This document shows positions 1 through 10,571 of a DNA stretch of 64,000 nucleotides, one piece after another. The translations under genes were made by a program, and so were the position numbers. Below the pieces are notes generated by a model. The model did no database searches and had not been told where the DNA came from. It saw only the letters and a list, made by a program, of their open reading frames with translations. Origin of the DNA: Candidatus Eiseniibacteriota bacterium (GTDB lineage: Bacteria; Eisenbacteria; RBG-16-71-46); NCBI GenBank assembly GCA_031364845.1, contig JANLWX010000231.1, forward strand, positions 1-64,000, given 5' to 3'. Position 1 is the stretch's first letter; every line of letters begins with the position of its first letter.

Positions 1-2
1 GC

Positions 3-239
3 CAGCCGGTACTCGACCACCGGGACGCCACGGTCAGGCTGTTCAACCGCCACCTGGCAAAGGCTGCCCCGGTCCAACGCTTCGCACTCGTTCACGTTCA
101 GCGCTACTTGGAGCGCATGCAGTCACCGTTCAGCGAGTGGCTTTTGATATTGGTGAACGACGCCCTGAAGGAAGGTTTCCCACACATCACCGCGGCTACG
201 CAACCGCTTGAGGGGGAAAAAGTAGAGGAATCGGCGTGA
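3..239 (+). CDS. 3' end of a hypothetical protein (truncated by window start)
   Basis: Frame +3 is open from the window edge to TGA at 237-239 (QPVLDHRDATVRLFNRHL...EKVEESA*). Visibly less GC-rich than the core genes; no recognisable motif. Confidence 0.45.
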   Translation, partial: QPVLDHRDATVRLFNRHLAKAAPVQRFALVHVQRYLERMQSPFSEWLLILVNDALKEGFPHITAATQPLEGEKVEESA

Positions 240-392
240 CGAGGGCGGGATGTTAAATGTCGTGGAACGATAATTATGTAAACCTGCAGCGGGCGTGGGC
301 CTCTCGCTCATGCTGAGTCTGGCTCGGTACTCCTGCTCAGATCGTGGCCCCTCGCCTTCAGCACCGATCGAGTTGGAGTTGCCGGCGCGCGC

Positions 393-1337
393 TCATCGCT
401 CCAGCGTGAACACCAGCGACGAATACGTGTGCGGCACCGGCTGGATTCGATACTCCTTCGCGCGCCGCGTGATCTGCCATTCGAGGCGCGCGCGCTTCAC
501 GCGAAGGCCGATGCCGGTCTGCATTTCGGGCACCAGCGGCGTCGCCGAGACACCGGCGCTGCGCCGGAACAACGTGCCGTCCAGCAGCTCGTCGCGGGCG
601 ATGACGTCGAGCCGTGCGGCGGCGAGCAGGTACAACGAGGCAGCACCCGGCGTCCGCGTGGTTCCGCCCCAGGGCAGCGGCGGATGAACGCCCGCGGTCG
701 CTTCGAGCGCTCCACGCGCGTCGACGGCAAAGGTCCCGAGCCGCGCGCGCCACATGGGGCCGCCGTGAAGCATCAGTCCTCCGGGCGCTCCGCGGGTGAA
801 GCTGAGCGTCGCTCCGCCGGCTTCGATCGCAATGCCGGGCTCGTAAGGAATCTGGCCCGACCAATCCGGAGGCACGCCGAATCCGAAACGGCGGTGGATA
901 TAGCGCTGCATCCGGGCGGCCTGCGAAGGCGGTCCGGTGACGCCGACATGCAGGATCGCCTCGCGGTGCGCGGTCGAGGTCTCACGCCGGAACCCAACTC
1001 CAACGCCGAGCCAGCCGCCGTAGGGACGATCGGGCGGCAGCTTCCACGGCGCATAGATCGCCTGCCGCACGCGAATCTGAAGCCGCGCGGCACCGTCGCG
1101 GTCGGTTCCGCCGAGCCAACCGGGTGCCATGCGACTCAATCCGCGCGGCGCGCCCGTCCCCTCCCAGATCAACTCGCTGCCGTGCGTGTAGCCGAAGTCG
1201 GGGCGTTCGTCCGGCCGCTGCCAGAAGTTGAAGTAGTCGTTGTCGACCGCGAGGCGAATACCGTCAGCCGTGGCGAAGCCGGCCAGCGCCAGCGTGCATG
1301 CGATCGCGAACGCAAGGAACCGGACGCCATGCCTCAC
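393..1337 (-). CDS. lpxR: Lipid A 3-O-deacylase LpxR family outer-membrane beta-barrel (DUF2219)
   Basis: Signal peptide; DND-x10-D-x2-YTHG and DRPYGGWL motifs; C-terminal amphipathic strand. GTG start overlaps the leuS stop (GTGA). Confidence 0.8.
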   Translation of the reverse strand: MRHGVRFLAFAIACTLALAGFATADGIRLAVDNDYFNFWQRPDERPDFGYTHGSELIWEGTGAPRGLSRMAPGWLGGTDRDGAARLQIRVRQAIYAPWKLPPDRPYGGWLGVGVGFRRETSTAHREAILHVGVTGPPSQAARMQRYIHRRFGFGVPPDWSGQIPYEPGIAIEAGGATLSFTRGAPGGLMLHGGPMWRARLGTFAVDARGALEATAGVHPPLPWGGTTRTPGAASLYLLAAARLDVIARDELLDGTLFRRSAGVSATPLVPEMQTGIGLRVKRARLEWQITRRAKEYRIQPVPHTYSSLVFTLER

Positions 1338-3772
1338 TTCCCCGCCACCACGAGATTCAGGAGCTTGTCGGGAACATAGATCACCTTACGCAGCTCCACG
1401 CCGTCGAGATACCGCTTTACACGCGCGTCGTCGGCGGCCGCAGCGTGTGCTACCTCCTGCTCGACTCCGCGTGGCAGCTCCAGCGTCGCGCGCAGCTTGC
1501 CGTTGACCTGAATCGCGACGGTCACGCGATCCTCGACGAGTTGAGCGGGATCATGGACCGGCCACGCGGCATAGGCGCAGCTCTCGCCATGACCCAGGCG
1601 CTGCCACAGCTCCTCGGCCAGGTGTGGTGCGAACGGATTCGCGAGCAGCACGAACGGCTCGAGCACCGCGCGCGGACGCACGTCGAGCTTCGTCACTTCG
1701 TTGACGAACACCATGAGCTGCGAGATCGCGGTATTGAACTTGAGCGCCTCGAGATCATCGGTGATCTTCTTGATCGTCTGGTGCAGCACACGTGTGAGCT
1801 CGGGCGGCGGATCGGAGGTGTCGACCACGCTCGTGCCGTCTTCGGCGACGTACAGACGCCACATGCGATCGAGGAAGCGCGCGATCCCTTCCACGCCCTT
1901 TGAGCTCCACGGCTTCGACGCTTCGAGCGGCCCCATGAACATCTCGTAGAGCCGCAGCGCATCGGCACCGTAGTCGTCGATCATGTCGTCGGGACTCACG
2001 ACGTTGCCGATCGACTTCGACATCTTGCGATTGTCCTCGCCGAGGATCGTGCCCTGATGGACGAGCTTCATGAACGGCTCGGGTGTGGAGACCAGACCGA
2101 TGTCGAACAGCACCTTGTGCCAGAAGCGCGCGTACAAAAGATGCAGCACGGCATGCTCGGCGCCGCCGACGTAGAGGTCGACCGGCATCCAGTAGCGTTC
2201 CTTCTCGCGATCGACCAGCGCATCCGGATTGCGGGGATCGAGGAACCGCAGGTAGTACCAGCACGACCCGGCCCACTGCGGCATCGTGTTGGTTTCGCGA
2301 TGCGCGGGTTTCCCGGTTGCGGGATCGGTCGTCTGTACCCATTCGGTGATGGTCGCGAGCGGACTCTCGCCGGTTCCGGCCGGCTTGAACGACGTGGTCT
2401 CCGGCAGCAGCACCGGCAGCATCTGCTCGGGCAGGGCTTTGGGCGCGCCGTCGACCCAGATCACGGGGAACGGCTCACCCCAGTAGCGCTGGCGCGAGAA
2501 AAGCCAGTCGCGCAGCTTGTAGTTGATCGCCTTCTTCCCCGTCCCCCGCGCTTCGAGCCATTCGGTGATCGTGCGCTTGGCGGTCGCGGGATCGAGCCCG
2601 TCGATCGTGAACGATCGGTCGGGTGTCGCCGAATTCACGAGCGTGCCGCTCTCGTTGTCGACGAACGCCGCGACCTCGACGTCGCCCCCGGCGACGACTT
2701 CGCGGATCGGCAGGTGGAACTTCTTCGCGAACTCCCAATCGCGTACGTCATGCCCCGGCACCGACATGATCGCCCCGGTGCCGTAGCCCATCAGAACGTA
2801 GTCCGCGATCCAGATCGGCAGGCGTTCGCCGTTGACCGGATTGATCGCGAAGCCGCCGGTGAACACTCCGGTCTTCTCCTGATCCTCCTGGCGCTGCAGG
2901 TCGCTCCTGCGCGCGCTCGCCGACACGTAGACCTCGACCTGCGCGCGCTGTTCTGGCGTCGTCAGCGCGGCGACGAGCGGATGCTCGGGTGCGAGCACCA
3001 TGAAGGTGGCGCCGAACAACGTGTCGGGGCGCGTCGTGAAGATGCGCAGCGTTCCGCTGACGTCGGCGAGGCCGAACTCGACCTCGGCGCCGATCGAGCG
3101 GCCGATCCAGTTACGCTGCATCTCGAGCGTGCTCGCCGGCCACTCGACCAGCGGCAGATCGTCGAGCAGGCGCTCGGCGTACGCCGTGATCTTGAGCACC
3201 CACTGGCGCATCGGTTTGCGAACCACGTCGAAGCCGCCGACCTCGCTCTTGCCGTCGATGACTTCTTCATTCGCGAGCACCGTGCCCAGCTCCGGGCACC
3301 AGTTGACCGGAACCTCGGCGACGTACGCGAGGCCGCGCTCGAACAGCTTGAGAAAGATCCACTGCGTCCACCGGTAATAGGCGGGGTCGGTGGTGTCGAC
3401 TTCGCGATCCCAATCGTGCGACAGGCCCGCGCGCTTCATCTGGCGGCGGAACGTGTCGATGTTCTGGCGCGTCGTGATCGCGGGATGGACGCCGGTCTTG
3501 ACCGCGTACTGTTCGGCGGGCAGGCCGAATGCATCCCAGCCGGTGCAATGCAGCACGTTGAATCCGCGCATGCGCTTGTAGCGGCACAGGATGTCGGTTG
3601 CGGTGTAGCCCTCGAGGTGGCCTACATGCAGGCCGGAACCCGACGGATATGGAAAGAAGTCGATGCAATAGAACTTGGGCTTGGGCGAGAAGTCGATCGC
3701 GCGAAACAGCTTCGACTCTTCCCAGAGCTTCTGCCAGCGGGGCTCGACTTCAGCATAGGGGTAGCGCTTCAT
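1334..3772 (-). CDS. leuS: Leucine--tRNA ligase
   Basis: [13 protein letters not shown] (HIGH), [15 protein letters not shown] and CP1 editing domain ([19 protein letters not shown]). ATG at 3772 preceded by GAGAGGAG. Confidence 0.97.
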   Translation of the reverse strand: MKRYPYAEVEPRWQKLWEESKLFRAIDFSPKPKFYCIDFFPYPSGSGLHVGHLEGYTATDILCRYKRMRGFNVLHCTGWDAFGLPAEQYAVKTGVHPAITTRQNIDTFRRQMKRAGLSHDWDREVDTTDPAYYRWTQWIFLKLFERGLAYVAEVPVNWCPELGTVLANEEVIDGKSEVGGFDVVRKPMRQWVLKITAYAERLLDDLPLVEWPASTLEMQRNWIGRSIGAEVEFGLADVSGTLRIFTTRPDTLFGATFMVLAPEHPLVAALTTPEQRAQVEVYVSASARRSDLQRQEDQEKTGVFTGGFAINPVNGERLPIWIADYVLMGYGTGAIMSVPGHDVRDWEFAKKFHLPIREVVAGGDVEVAAFVDNESGTLVNSATPDRSFTIDGLDPATAKRTITEWLEARGTGKKAINYKLRDWLFSRQRYWGEPFPVIWVDGAPKALPEQMLPVLLPETTSFKPAGTGESPLATITEWVQTTDPATGKPAHRETNTMPQWAGSCWYYLRFLDPRNPDALVDREKERYWMPVDLYVGGAEHAVLHLLYARFWHKVLFDIGLVSTPEPFMKLVHQGTILGEDNRKMSKSIGNVVSPDDMIDDYGADALRLYEMFMGPLEASKPWSSKGVEGIARFLDRMWRLYVAEDGTSVVDTSDPPPELTRVLHQTIKKITDDLEALKFNTAISQLMVFVNEVTKLDVRPRAVLEPFVLLANPFAPHLAEELWQRLGHGESCAYAAWPVHDPAQLVEDRVTVAIQVNGKLRATLELPRGVEQEVAHAAAADDARVKRYLDGVELRKVIYVPDKLLNLVVAGK

Positions 3773-3925
3773 GGGGCGTGAGGCTCCTCTCGAACGCCGG
3801 AGCATAGCGGGATTGGGAGGATGCGTCACGTCGCGGCTCGGGTGCAGTCGCCGCGCGGACACTCGTGATCGCATGCGTCCGTGGCCAGGAGTGTCTGGCG
3901 CCGGCGAACGCGATCTGGCTTTGGG

Positions 3926-5353
3926 CTATGCGCTCGGCACGATGTTCTTGTTCGTGCGGAACAGATTCTCGGGATCCCACTTGCGCTTGATCTCGGCAAG
4001 TCGCGCGTAGTTGTCGCCGTAGGCGGCGCGCGTGCGGTCGCCGCCATCGTCCTCGGTCAGAAAGTTGATGTACGTCCCTCCGGTCGAGAACTCGCGCAGG
4101 TCGCTCCAGCTCGATCTTGCCCAGTCGATGTTGGCGGCGTCGTCTTCCGGACGTTCCCATGCGCTCGTCACGTTGAGCACCCACTCCGCGTCACGGTTGC
4201 CGACCGCCGAGTGGTCGCGCGCAACATGATTGAGCGCGCCTCCGACCGGGAACAGGATGACGGCCGAGTGCGGTGAGACGATGCGCGAAGCGTGGTGCAT
4301 GAACTTCTGCATCATCGCGGGGTCGAGCCGCGGCAGGTATTCCGACTTCCAGTAGTAGCGCCGGCCGCTCGGCTGGGTCGCATCGAGCAGGTTCTGCTGC
4401 GAGACATAGGAGCGCCGCTGAACGACATCGCCCACCGGCGTGCCGAACGCCTTGAGCGGCGCGAGCGCGCGCTCCGCGGCCTCGACCGGACCGGTGTGGC
4501 AGACGAACAGCACGACGACGGGTTTGCCGTGCATGTCCTTGCGAATCCAGGGCGCGGGCGGGGCGAGTCTCATCGCCGCGACGCACGTGAACTCGCGCGG
4601 CGCATCGGCAGTGAGCGTGCGGAACATCTCGAGCACGCGCGGTGCATCCGTGGCGGGCCACGCAATCGCTCCGCCCATGATCTCGGGACCCACCGGGTAG
4701 AGCGCGTATTCGAAGTCGGTGACCACGCCGAAGTTGCCGCCGCCGCCGCGCAGGCCCCAGAACAGATCGGCGTGCTCATGATCGCTCGCGCGCACCAGAT
4801 GTCCGTCGGCGGTCACGACCTGCATCGAGACGACATGGTCCGAGGTCCAGCCGAAGCGGCGCGACAGGTAGCCGAAGCCCCCTCCGAGTGTGAGCCCCGC
4901 GATGCCGGTGTTGGAGACGAAACCGAGCACGGCCGCAAGTCCGTGCAGTTGTGTTTCGCGATCGACATCGCCGAGCAGACAGCCGGCCTGCGCATGCGCG
5001 ACCCGCGTCACCGAATCCACCCACACGCCCCGCATCCGCGACAGATCGAGCATCAGGCCGCCTTCGCACACCGCGAGCCCGGCGATGTTGTGGCCGCCGC
5101 CCTTCACTGTCATCGCGATGCCGTGCTCGCGCGCGAAATTCACGCCGGCCATGATGTCGGCGACTCCGAGGCAGCGCGCGACGAGCGCCGGGCGCCGGTC
5201 GATCATCGCGTTCCACAGCGTGCGTGATTCGTCGTAACCGGCTTCACCCGGCAGGATCAGTGTGCCGCGCAATGCGGAGCGCAATCCCGCCACCGTTTCG
5301 GAGCTCAGTTCGTGGGCCGTGCCTTGAGGAGTCTTCGCGATCACTGCCGACAT
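3926..5353 (-). CDS. FAD-linked oxidoreductase, berberine bridge enzyme / VAO family
   Basis: KGGGHN flavinylation motif, GLTLGGGFG, DLFWGLRGGGGNFGVVT and C-terminal YINF...YGDNYARLAEIKRKWDPENLF. RBS GGAGGA before ATG 5353. Confidence 0.92.
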   Translation of the reverse strand: MSAVIAKTPQGTAHELSSETVAGLRSALRGTLILPGEAGYDESRTLWNAMIDRRPALVARCLGVADIMAGVNFAREHGIAMTVKGGGHNIAGLAVCEGGLMLDLSRMRGVWVDSVTRVAHAQAGCLLGDVDRETQLHGLAAVLGFVSNTGIAGLTLGGGFGYLSRRFGWTSDHVVSMQVVTADGHLVRASDHEHADLFWGLRGGGGNFGVVTDFEYALYPVGPEIMGGAIAWPATDAPRVLEMFRTLTADAPREFTCVAAMRLAPPAPWIRKDMHGKPVVVLFVCHTGPVEAAERALAPLKAFGTPVGDVVQRRSYVSQQNLLDATQPSGRRYYWKSEYLPRLDPAMMQKFMHHASRIVSPHSAVILFPVGGALNHVARDHSAVGNRDAEWVLNVTSAWERPEDDAANIDWARSSWSDLREFSTGGTYINFLTEDDGGDRTRAAYGDNYARLAEIKRKWDPENLFRTNKNIVPSA

Positions 5354-5418
5354 GGGATCCTCCACACTGTGCGACCGCATCCGTCAATCGCGGGCGCTAT
5401 CGAATCTCGCAAAGACGC

Positions 5419-6486
5419 CTATCCGGCCCCGCTCAAACTCCGCGTGGTCTGCTCGAGCAGGGCGACCACATCCGCGCGTCCGCCCTTCCACGCCGACTCC
5501 GCGCGGTACACCGCATCGAGTGCGCGATTGAGTTCGCGCGGCGGAACCCTGCGCCGGTAGGCGTCGGACAATTCGCGCCACCGCGCCCACCCGCCCATCG
5601 CGCCGCCGACCAGGTTCGAGAGCGCGAACAGCACCGCCCCTTCCCCGGCGCCCGCGGCGAGCAGGCGGCCGAGTCGCTGCGAGGCGAGCGCGGGGTTTCC
5701 GAGGGCGACCGCGCTCAGGAACTCCGGAATGTCGGCGCCGACCACCGGGCGCAGGAGATCACTGACGTTCTTCAACGTGATGCGGCCGCCGTCGCCGGCC
5801 CACCCCGCAAGCTTCTGCAACTCGTTGAAGTACGAGAGCGGATCGCCTTCGCACGCATCGACGATCGCCTCGACCGCGCCGGGTTCGACGCTGACGTGCT
5901 GGCGCGCAAAGCTGCGCTCGCCCCACGCCTTGAGTTCGGTACGGGTGAGCCCGGCCGCGATCACGTGATCCTGCGATGCCTGGCGCAGCGGATCGAGTGT
6001 CTTGCGCGGGTTGTCCGCCGCCGACTCGACCAGCACCAGGCACGACTCACCGCCCGCGCGTTCGATTCCGTCCGCGAGTGCGCCGACGCGCTTCTCGCTG
6101 CGCCCCAGGTCTTCGACGTCGAGCACGATCACCAGCTCGCGCGCGTGGAACAGCGACGTGCTCTGATAGGCCGCGAGGATCTTGTCGACGCCGGCCTCCG
6201 CCGCGCGGAACACGCTCGGGGGCGCACCCGCGTTACGCGCCATCCACGCGCGCTTGAGTTCGGCGAGCAATGCGGTCTTGATCGCCTCGGCCGGTCCTTC
6301 GAGGTAGAGCGATCGGGGGAACTCGCCGCGCTCCCAGGCTTCGATGCGCGCCGCGAACCCGCTCGACGCTCCCCGCCCCGCCGGCCGGCGCGTCGCGGTG
6401 CTGCGGACGCCCGCGGCCTTACCAGCCCTGGACGGAGCGGGTGAGGATTTCGTCGGCGATTTTCGTGATGGCTTCTTTGCGTCCAT
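5419..6486 (-). CDS. holA: DNA polymerase III subunit delta
   Basis: YLEGPAE..., SLFH.RELVIV.D and NELQKL motifs of HolA; follows lptE as is typical. Start uncertain: ATG 6486 overlaps the lptE 3' end. Confidence 0.75.
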   Translation of the reverse strand: MDAKKPSRKSPTKSSPAPSRAGKAAGVRSTATRRPAGRGASSGFAARIEAWERGEFPRSLYLEGPAEAIKTALLAELKRAWMARNAGAPPSVFRAAEAGVDKILAAYQSTSLFHARELVIVLDVEDLGRSEKRVGALADGIERAGGESCLVLVESAADNPRKTLDPLRQASQDHVIAAGLTRTELKAWGERSFARQHVSVEPGAVEAIVDACEGDPLSYFNELQKLAGWAGDGGRITLKNVSDLLRPVVGADIPEFLSAVALGNPALASQRLGRLLAAGAGEGAVLFALSNLVGGAMGGWARWRELSDAYRRRVPPRELNRALDAVYRAESAWKGGRADVVALLEQTTRSLSGAG

Positions 6487-6943
6487 CGAGCTCGGTCCTG
6501 GCGGTCTGCCCCGGCACATCGGTGACGTAGTAGTTCGCGGTCTTCTGCAGCGCCGGCTCGCTCCAGATCTCACGATTCTTCACGAGGTCCTTGAACACGA
6601 CCGAAATCGTGATCGTCACGCGGTACTCTTCGGCGCGTGCCGTGGAACCGGCGGAGATGCCGAACACCGAATTGCGGTACTCGGTGATCTTGCCCTTGAT
6701 CGTACACTGGGCGACCCGTTCGTCCACCACCTTGAGATGGTTGTCCGCGACGAACCGCTGGATCACGAGGTCGGTGATCTCCTGCTCCAGGGTGTACTCG
6801 CTGGTCTCGTTCTCGAACACCGGAATCGCCACGCTCTTCAAATGCGCCGGCAGCAGCGCCGGGCTCGTGCTGTACCCGCACGACCCCAAAACGAAAACTG
6901 CCCCCAGCAGGAGCAGTTTCGTAAGGGTCGAGGAGTAACGCAC
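6419..6943 (-). CDS. lptE: LPS assembly lipoprotein LptE family
   Basis: Lipobox LGSC-GYS and LPAHLKSVAIPVFENET motif; lptE-holA adjacency. Confidence 0.85.
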   Translation of the reverse strand: MRYSSTLTKLLLLGAVFVLGSCGYSTSPALLPAHLKSVAIPVFENETSEYTLEQEITDLVIQRFVADNHLKVVDERVAQCTIKGKITEYRNSVFGISAGSTARAEEYRVTITISVVFKDLVKNREIWSEPALQKTANYYVTDVPGQTARTELDGRKEAITKIADEILTRSVQGW

Positions 6944-6952
6944 AGGCGGTTC

Positions 6953-8392
6953 CTATTCGTTCACGGCGCGCGCCTCGTCGGAGGATGATTCGTCCTCGGA
7001 GTGAATGCCGTAAAGCTTCATGCGGTAGCGGAGCTTGTCGCGCTTCAACTGCAGCAGCTCCGCGGTGCGACTCTGATTCCACTTGGTAACATACGATGCC
7101 CGCATGATCAAGGCACGCTCCAGATCCTCGGTGATCGACTCGAACGGGATGCCGCTCGGCGGAATCGGCCCGTTCATCATGGAGTCGATCCGCTGGCCGA
7201 GCGTGGCCTCCCCCGCGCCGCGCGGGCGCGCCGAGAGCTTCAAGTGGTGCGCCTCGAGCACGGTCCCGGTTTCGAGCAGTACGGTGCGCTCGAACAGGTT
7301 TTTCAACTCGCGGATGTTGCCCGGCCACGGATAGTCGATCAGCACGCGCTCCGCGGACGGCGAGATCTCCTTGAACGCCTTCTTGAACTGCTTGGTGAAG
7401 CGCTCCATGAACAGCCGCGTCAGGAGCATGATGTCTTCCTTGCGCTCGCGCAGCGGCGGAACGTAGAGCGGTACGACCTTGAGGCGGTAGTAGAGGTCCT
7501 CGCGGAAGCGCCCTTCGCCCACCATCCGCTCGAGGTCCTGATTGGTCGCCGAGATGATGCGCACGTTGACCGGCACGTCCTTGGTGCCGCCGACGCGGCG
7601 CAGCGTGCGGCGCTCGAGCACGCGCAGCAGCTTCACCTGCAGCATCGGACTCATCTCGCCGATTTCGTCGAGGAACAGCGTGCCGCCGCTCGCAAGCTCC
7701 ATCAAGCCGAGCTTCTGCGCACGCGCATCGGTGAACGCACCCTTCTCGTGACCGAACAGTTCGCTCTCGAGCAGCTCCGCCGGAATCGCGGCACAGTTGA
7801 TCTCGACGAACGGCCGGTCATGGCGCGCGCTCATGCGATGGATGAGGTTCGCAAAATACTCCTTGCCGGTTCCGCTCTCGCCTTCGATCAACACCGTGGT
7901 GGTGTCGCCGCGCGCGACCTGCTCGGCGATCGTGTACGCCTCCTGCATCGAGGTCGCGGTCGAGTGCAGGAAGTCCTCGTCGGCGAACGCCTGATGGCGC
8001 AGCCGGCGCAGCTCGATCCACAGCTTCTGCGACTCCAGCGCCCGCGCGACCAGCGCCAGCAGCTCGTCGTTCTGGAACGGCTTCTTCACGAACCAGAACG
8101 CGCCGGCGCTCATGGCTTCGACAGCGGTGTCGACTTCACCGAAGGCGGTCATCAGGATCACGGACACTTCCGGCTGCGCGCGCTTGATCTCGCGCAGCAA
8201 CTCGATGCCGTTGCCGTCGGGGAGCTTGTAGTCGAGAATCGCAAGATCGGGCATGTCGTGTTCCAGCACCTGCCGGGTCTCGCGCAGCGAGCCCGTGGTC
8301 TGGACCGTGTAGCCGTCCTCCTCGAGCGCCTTGCCCACGAAGTGACGGATGGAATCCTGGTCGTCGACGACCAGGATGCTGGCCTTGCTCAT
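6953..8392 (-). CDS. Sigma-54-dependent response regulator (NtrC family)
   Basis: Receiver domain (VVDD, ILDYKLP), GESGTGKE, ESELFGHEKGAFTDA, LFLDEIGE, FREDLYYRL, WPGNIREL and Fis-type HTH. Confidence 0.95.
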   Translation of the reverse strand: MSKASILVVDDQDSIRHFVGKALEEDGYTVQTTGSLRETRQVLEHDMPDLAILDYKLPDGNGIELLREIKRAQPEVSVILMTAFGEVDTAVEAMSAGAFWFVKKPFQNDELLALVARALESQKLWIELRRLRHQAFADEDFLHSTATSMQEAYTIAEQVARGDTTTVLIEGESGTGKEYFANLIHRMSARHDRPFVEINCAAIPAELLESELFGHEKGAFTDARAQKLGLMELASGGTLFLDEIGEMSPMLQVKLLRVLERRTLRRVGGTKDVPVNVRIISATNQDLERMVGEGRFREDLYYRLKVVPLYVPPLRERKEDIMLLTRLFMERFTKQFKKAFKEISPSAERVLIDYPWPGNIRELKNLFERTVLLETGTVLEAHHLKLSARPRGAGEATLGQRIDSMMNGPIPPSGIPFESITEDLERALIMRASYVTKWNQSRTAELLQLKRDKLRYRMKLYGIHSEDESSSDEARAVNE

Positions 8393-10479
8393 GAGAATCC
8401 TCCTGTGCTTTCGATCGGCAGCTCCACGGTGAAGCGGGTGCCGTTTCCGAGTTCACTGCTGACCGTGAGATTGCCGCCGTGTCGCTTGACGATGTCGTGT
8501 GTGATGTAGAGGCCGAGGCCGGTGCCGCCCTGCTTGGTGGTGAAGAACGGTTCGAAGATGGTTTTGATCTCGTCGGGACCGATTCCGCAGCCCTGGTCCT
8601 CGACAGTGACGGCGATGGTTCCGGGCAGCCCGCGCGAGCCGCGCGCGACGCGCGGGATCGGGCCCCCGACCTCGGGGGTATCGCTCGTGACGGGTGCCGC
8701 CGCCGCGTTCGCCACGCGCGCTGCACGTCCGCGCGCGGGCTGCGCTTCAGCCACCGCGATCCGCACTTTGACGGCACTCCCCGCCTGCGATGCCTCGGCC
8801 GCGTTCTTCAGCAGGTTGAAGAGCACCTGCTGGACCTGGTCCTGGTCGTGTGCGATCGGCGGCAGGTGCGGCGCGATGTCGACGGTGAGGGCCACCCCCT
8901 GCTGCTCGAACAGCGCGGCGACGCACTGCACCGAGCGGCGCATCGTGTCTTCGATCGGCGACGGCCTGAGATCCAGCCGGCGCGGATGCGTGACGTCGAA
9001 CAGTTCCTGGACGATGCGGTCGAGCCGGCGGATCTCGCTCAGGATGAACTGGAGATTCTCGTGCTGCGGATCGCCCGTGGGAATCGAACGCGACAGGTAT
9101 TGAACGCCGGCGCCGATGCCGGTGAGCGGATTGCGGATCTCGTGCGCGACACTCGACGTGAAGCGCCCGAGTGCCGCGAGCCGGTCGAGCTGGCGCGCGT
9201 GCTCTTCGGCGCGCTTGAGCGGCGTGAGATCGACGAACGTCGCGATCGCGCCGTAGATCGCGCGGCGATCGTTGCGCAGCAGCGAGGTCGTGAGGCTGAC
9301 CGGAACTGGCGTACCGTCGCGCGCGCGCAGGATGGTCTCGACCCGCACCGCTTCGCGGCCGTGTTCGAGCGTGTCGCGCACGGCGACTTCGCCGTCGGTG
9401 CCGAACAGCGCGCCGAACGGCTGGCCCAGCACTTCGTCGACCGGCCAGCCGAGCAGGTGCTCGGCCGCGTGATTGAACGTGAGCACTTCGCCCTGCATGT
9501 TCACCGCGACCAGCGCGCTCGCCATGCTGTCGAGTACGTGATTGCGGAAGCGCTCGCTGCGGCGCAGGTCCTGATAGAGGCGCGCGTTCTCGATCATCGG
9601 CGCGACCGAGAGCGCGATCGACTCCAGCAGCATCACGTCCGACGAGGCGATCTCAGCCGATCCGCGGCGGCGCGCCATGCCGATCACGCCGAGCAGCGGC
9701 ATCACTTCGCAGCCGAGGCACGCGCGCTGGCGTTCCTCGCGATCGGCGGCCCACGGCTCGGCTTCGGCCCCGGGCGGCGGCGCGATCAGCTGCGCATCGC
9801 CCAGGATGCAACGAGCTCCGCACAGCTCGTGCGTCTCGGCCAGCGGCAGCACCGTGTTGCTGCGCTGGAGCGGAACGCACGCGGTGGCGGCGATGTCGTC
9901 GAGCACTTCCTCGAGCGGATGCCCGTCGGGCAGCAGTGCCGGACGATGGCGCTGCGCCGCGTGATGGACGACGGTGCGGTTCATCCAAAGAGAGCGCGCG
10001 AGCGTTCCCGTGTCGCCGGTGAGCGGCAGCTCGATCGACCAGCTCTGATCGCGATCGCCCCGCGCGTGCGTCCAGGTGCCTTCGAGCTTCCCGGTCTCAC
10101 GGTTGATGAGCAGCAGGAAGCCTTCCTGGAATCCGAACGCGCGGCACAGGTAGCGCGTGACGAGCCGCGTGGTCTCGCCCACTTCGTGCGTGCCGACCAT
10201 GCTGCTCGCGACTTCGCGCAGCGATACCAGCTGCACGTTGGTCTCGATCAGGCGCCGGTGGCTGCGCTCGAGCTCCTGGGCGAGTTCCTGGACGGTGGCG
10301 AACAGCGCGTTGGTGTCGTCGGGGTCGATCGCCGCTGACGGCTCCGACCGTTCGGACATGCCCCGCACTTCGTCCACGCGCCGCAGCAGCTCGCGCAGCG
10401 TCTCGCGCTGAGTGGCGTTCATGAGCAGGTATGCACCCGCGGCCGGCATCGGGGTCTGATGCCGGGTACGCTCGTACAT
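8389..10479 (-). CDS. Cytoplasmic sensor histidine kinase (GAF with Cys-rich insert, PAS, HisKA, HATPase)
   Basis: AHEIRNPL H-box, NLLKNA N-box, DQGCGI, FEPFFTTK and GTGLGL; no TM segment; overlaps the regulator (ATGA). Alternative start at 10422. Confidence 0.92.
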   Translation of the reverse strand: MYERTRHQTPMPAAGAYLLMNATQRETLRELLRRVDEVRGMSERSEPSAAIDPDDTNALFATVQELAQELERSHRRLIETNVQLVSLREVASSMVGTHEVGETTRLVTRYLCRAFGFQEGFLLLINRETGKLEGTWTHARGDRDQSWSIELPLTGDTGTLARSLWMNRTVVHHAAQRHRPALLPDGHPLEEVLDDIAATACVPLQRSNTVLPLAETHELCGARCILGDAQLIAPPPGAEAEPWAADREERQRACLGCEVMPLLGVIGMARRRGSAEIASSDVMLLESIALSVAPMIENARLYQDLRRSERFRNHVLDSMASALVAVNMQGEVLTFNHAAEHLLGWPVDEVLGQPFGALFGTDGEVAVRDTLEHGREAVRVETILRARDGTPVPVSLTTSLLRNDRRAIYGAIATFVDLTPLKRAEEHARQLDRLAALGRFTSSVAHEIRNPLTGIGAGVQYLSRSIPTGDPQHENLQFILSEIRRLDRIVQELFDVTHPRRLDLRPSPIEDTMRRSVQCVAALFEQQGVALTVDIAPHLPPIAHDQDQVQQVLFNLLKNAAEASQAGSAVKVRIAVAEAQPARGRAARVANAAAAPVTSDTPEVGGPIPRVARGSRGLPGTIAVTVEDQGCGIGPDEIKTIFEPFFTTKQGGTGLGLYITHDIVKRHGGNLTVSSELGNGTRFTVELPIESTGGFS

Positions 10480-10571
10480 CTGTGCGAACCGGCGCGTGCC
10501 TCAGGGCGGGGAAGCGGCGCGGCGGGACGGTCGGGGCGGATCCGCTCTAGCGGTCCCGCCCCGTAATGCGG

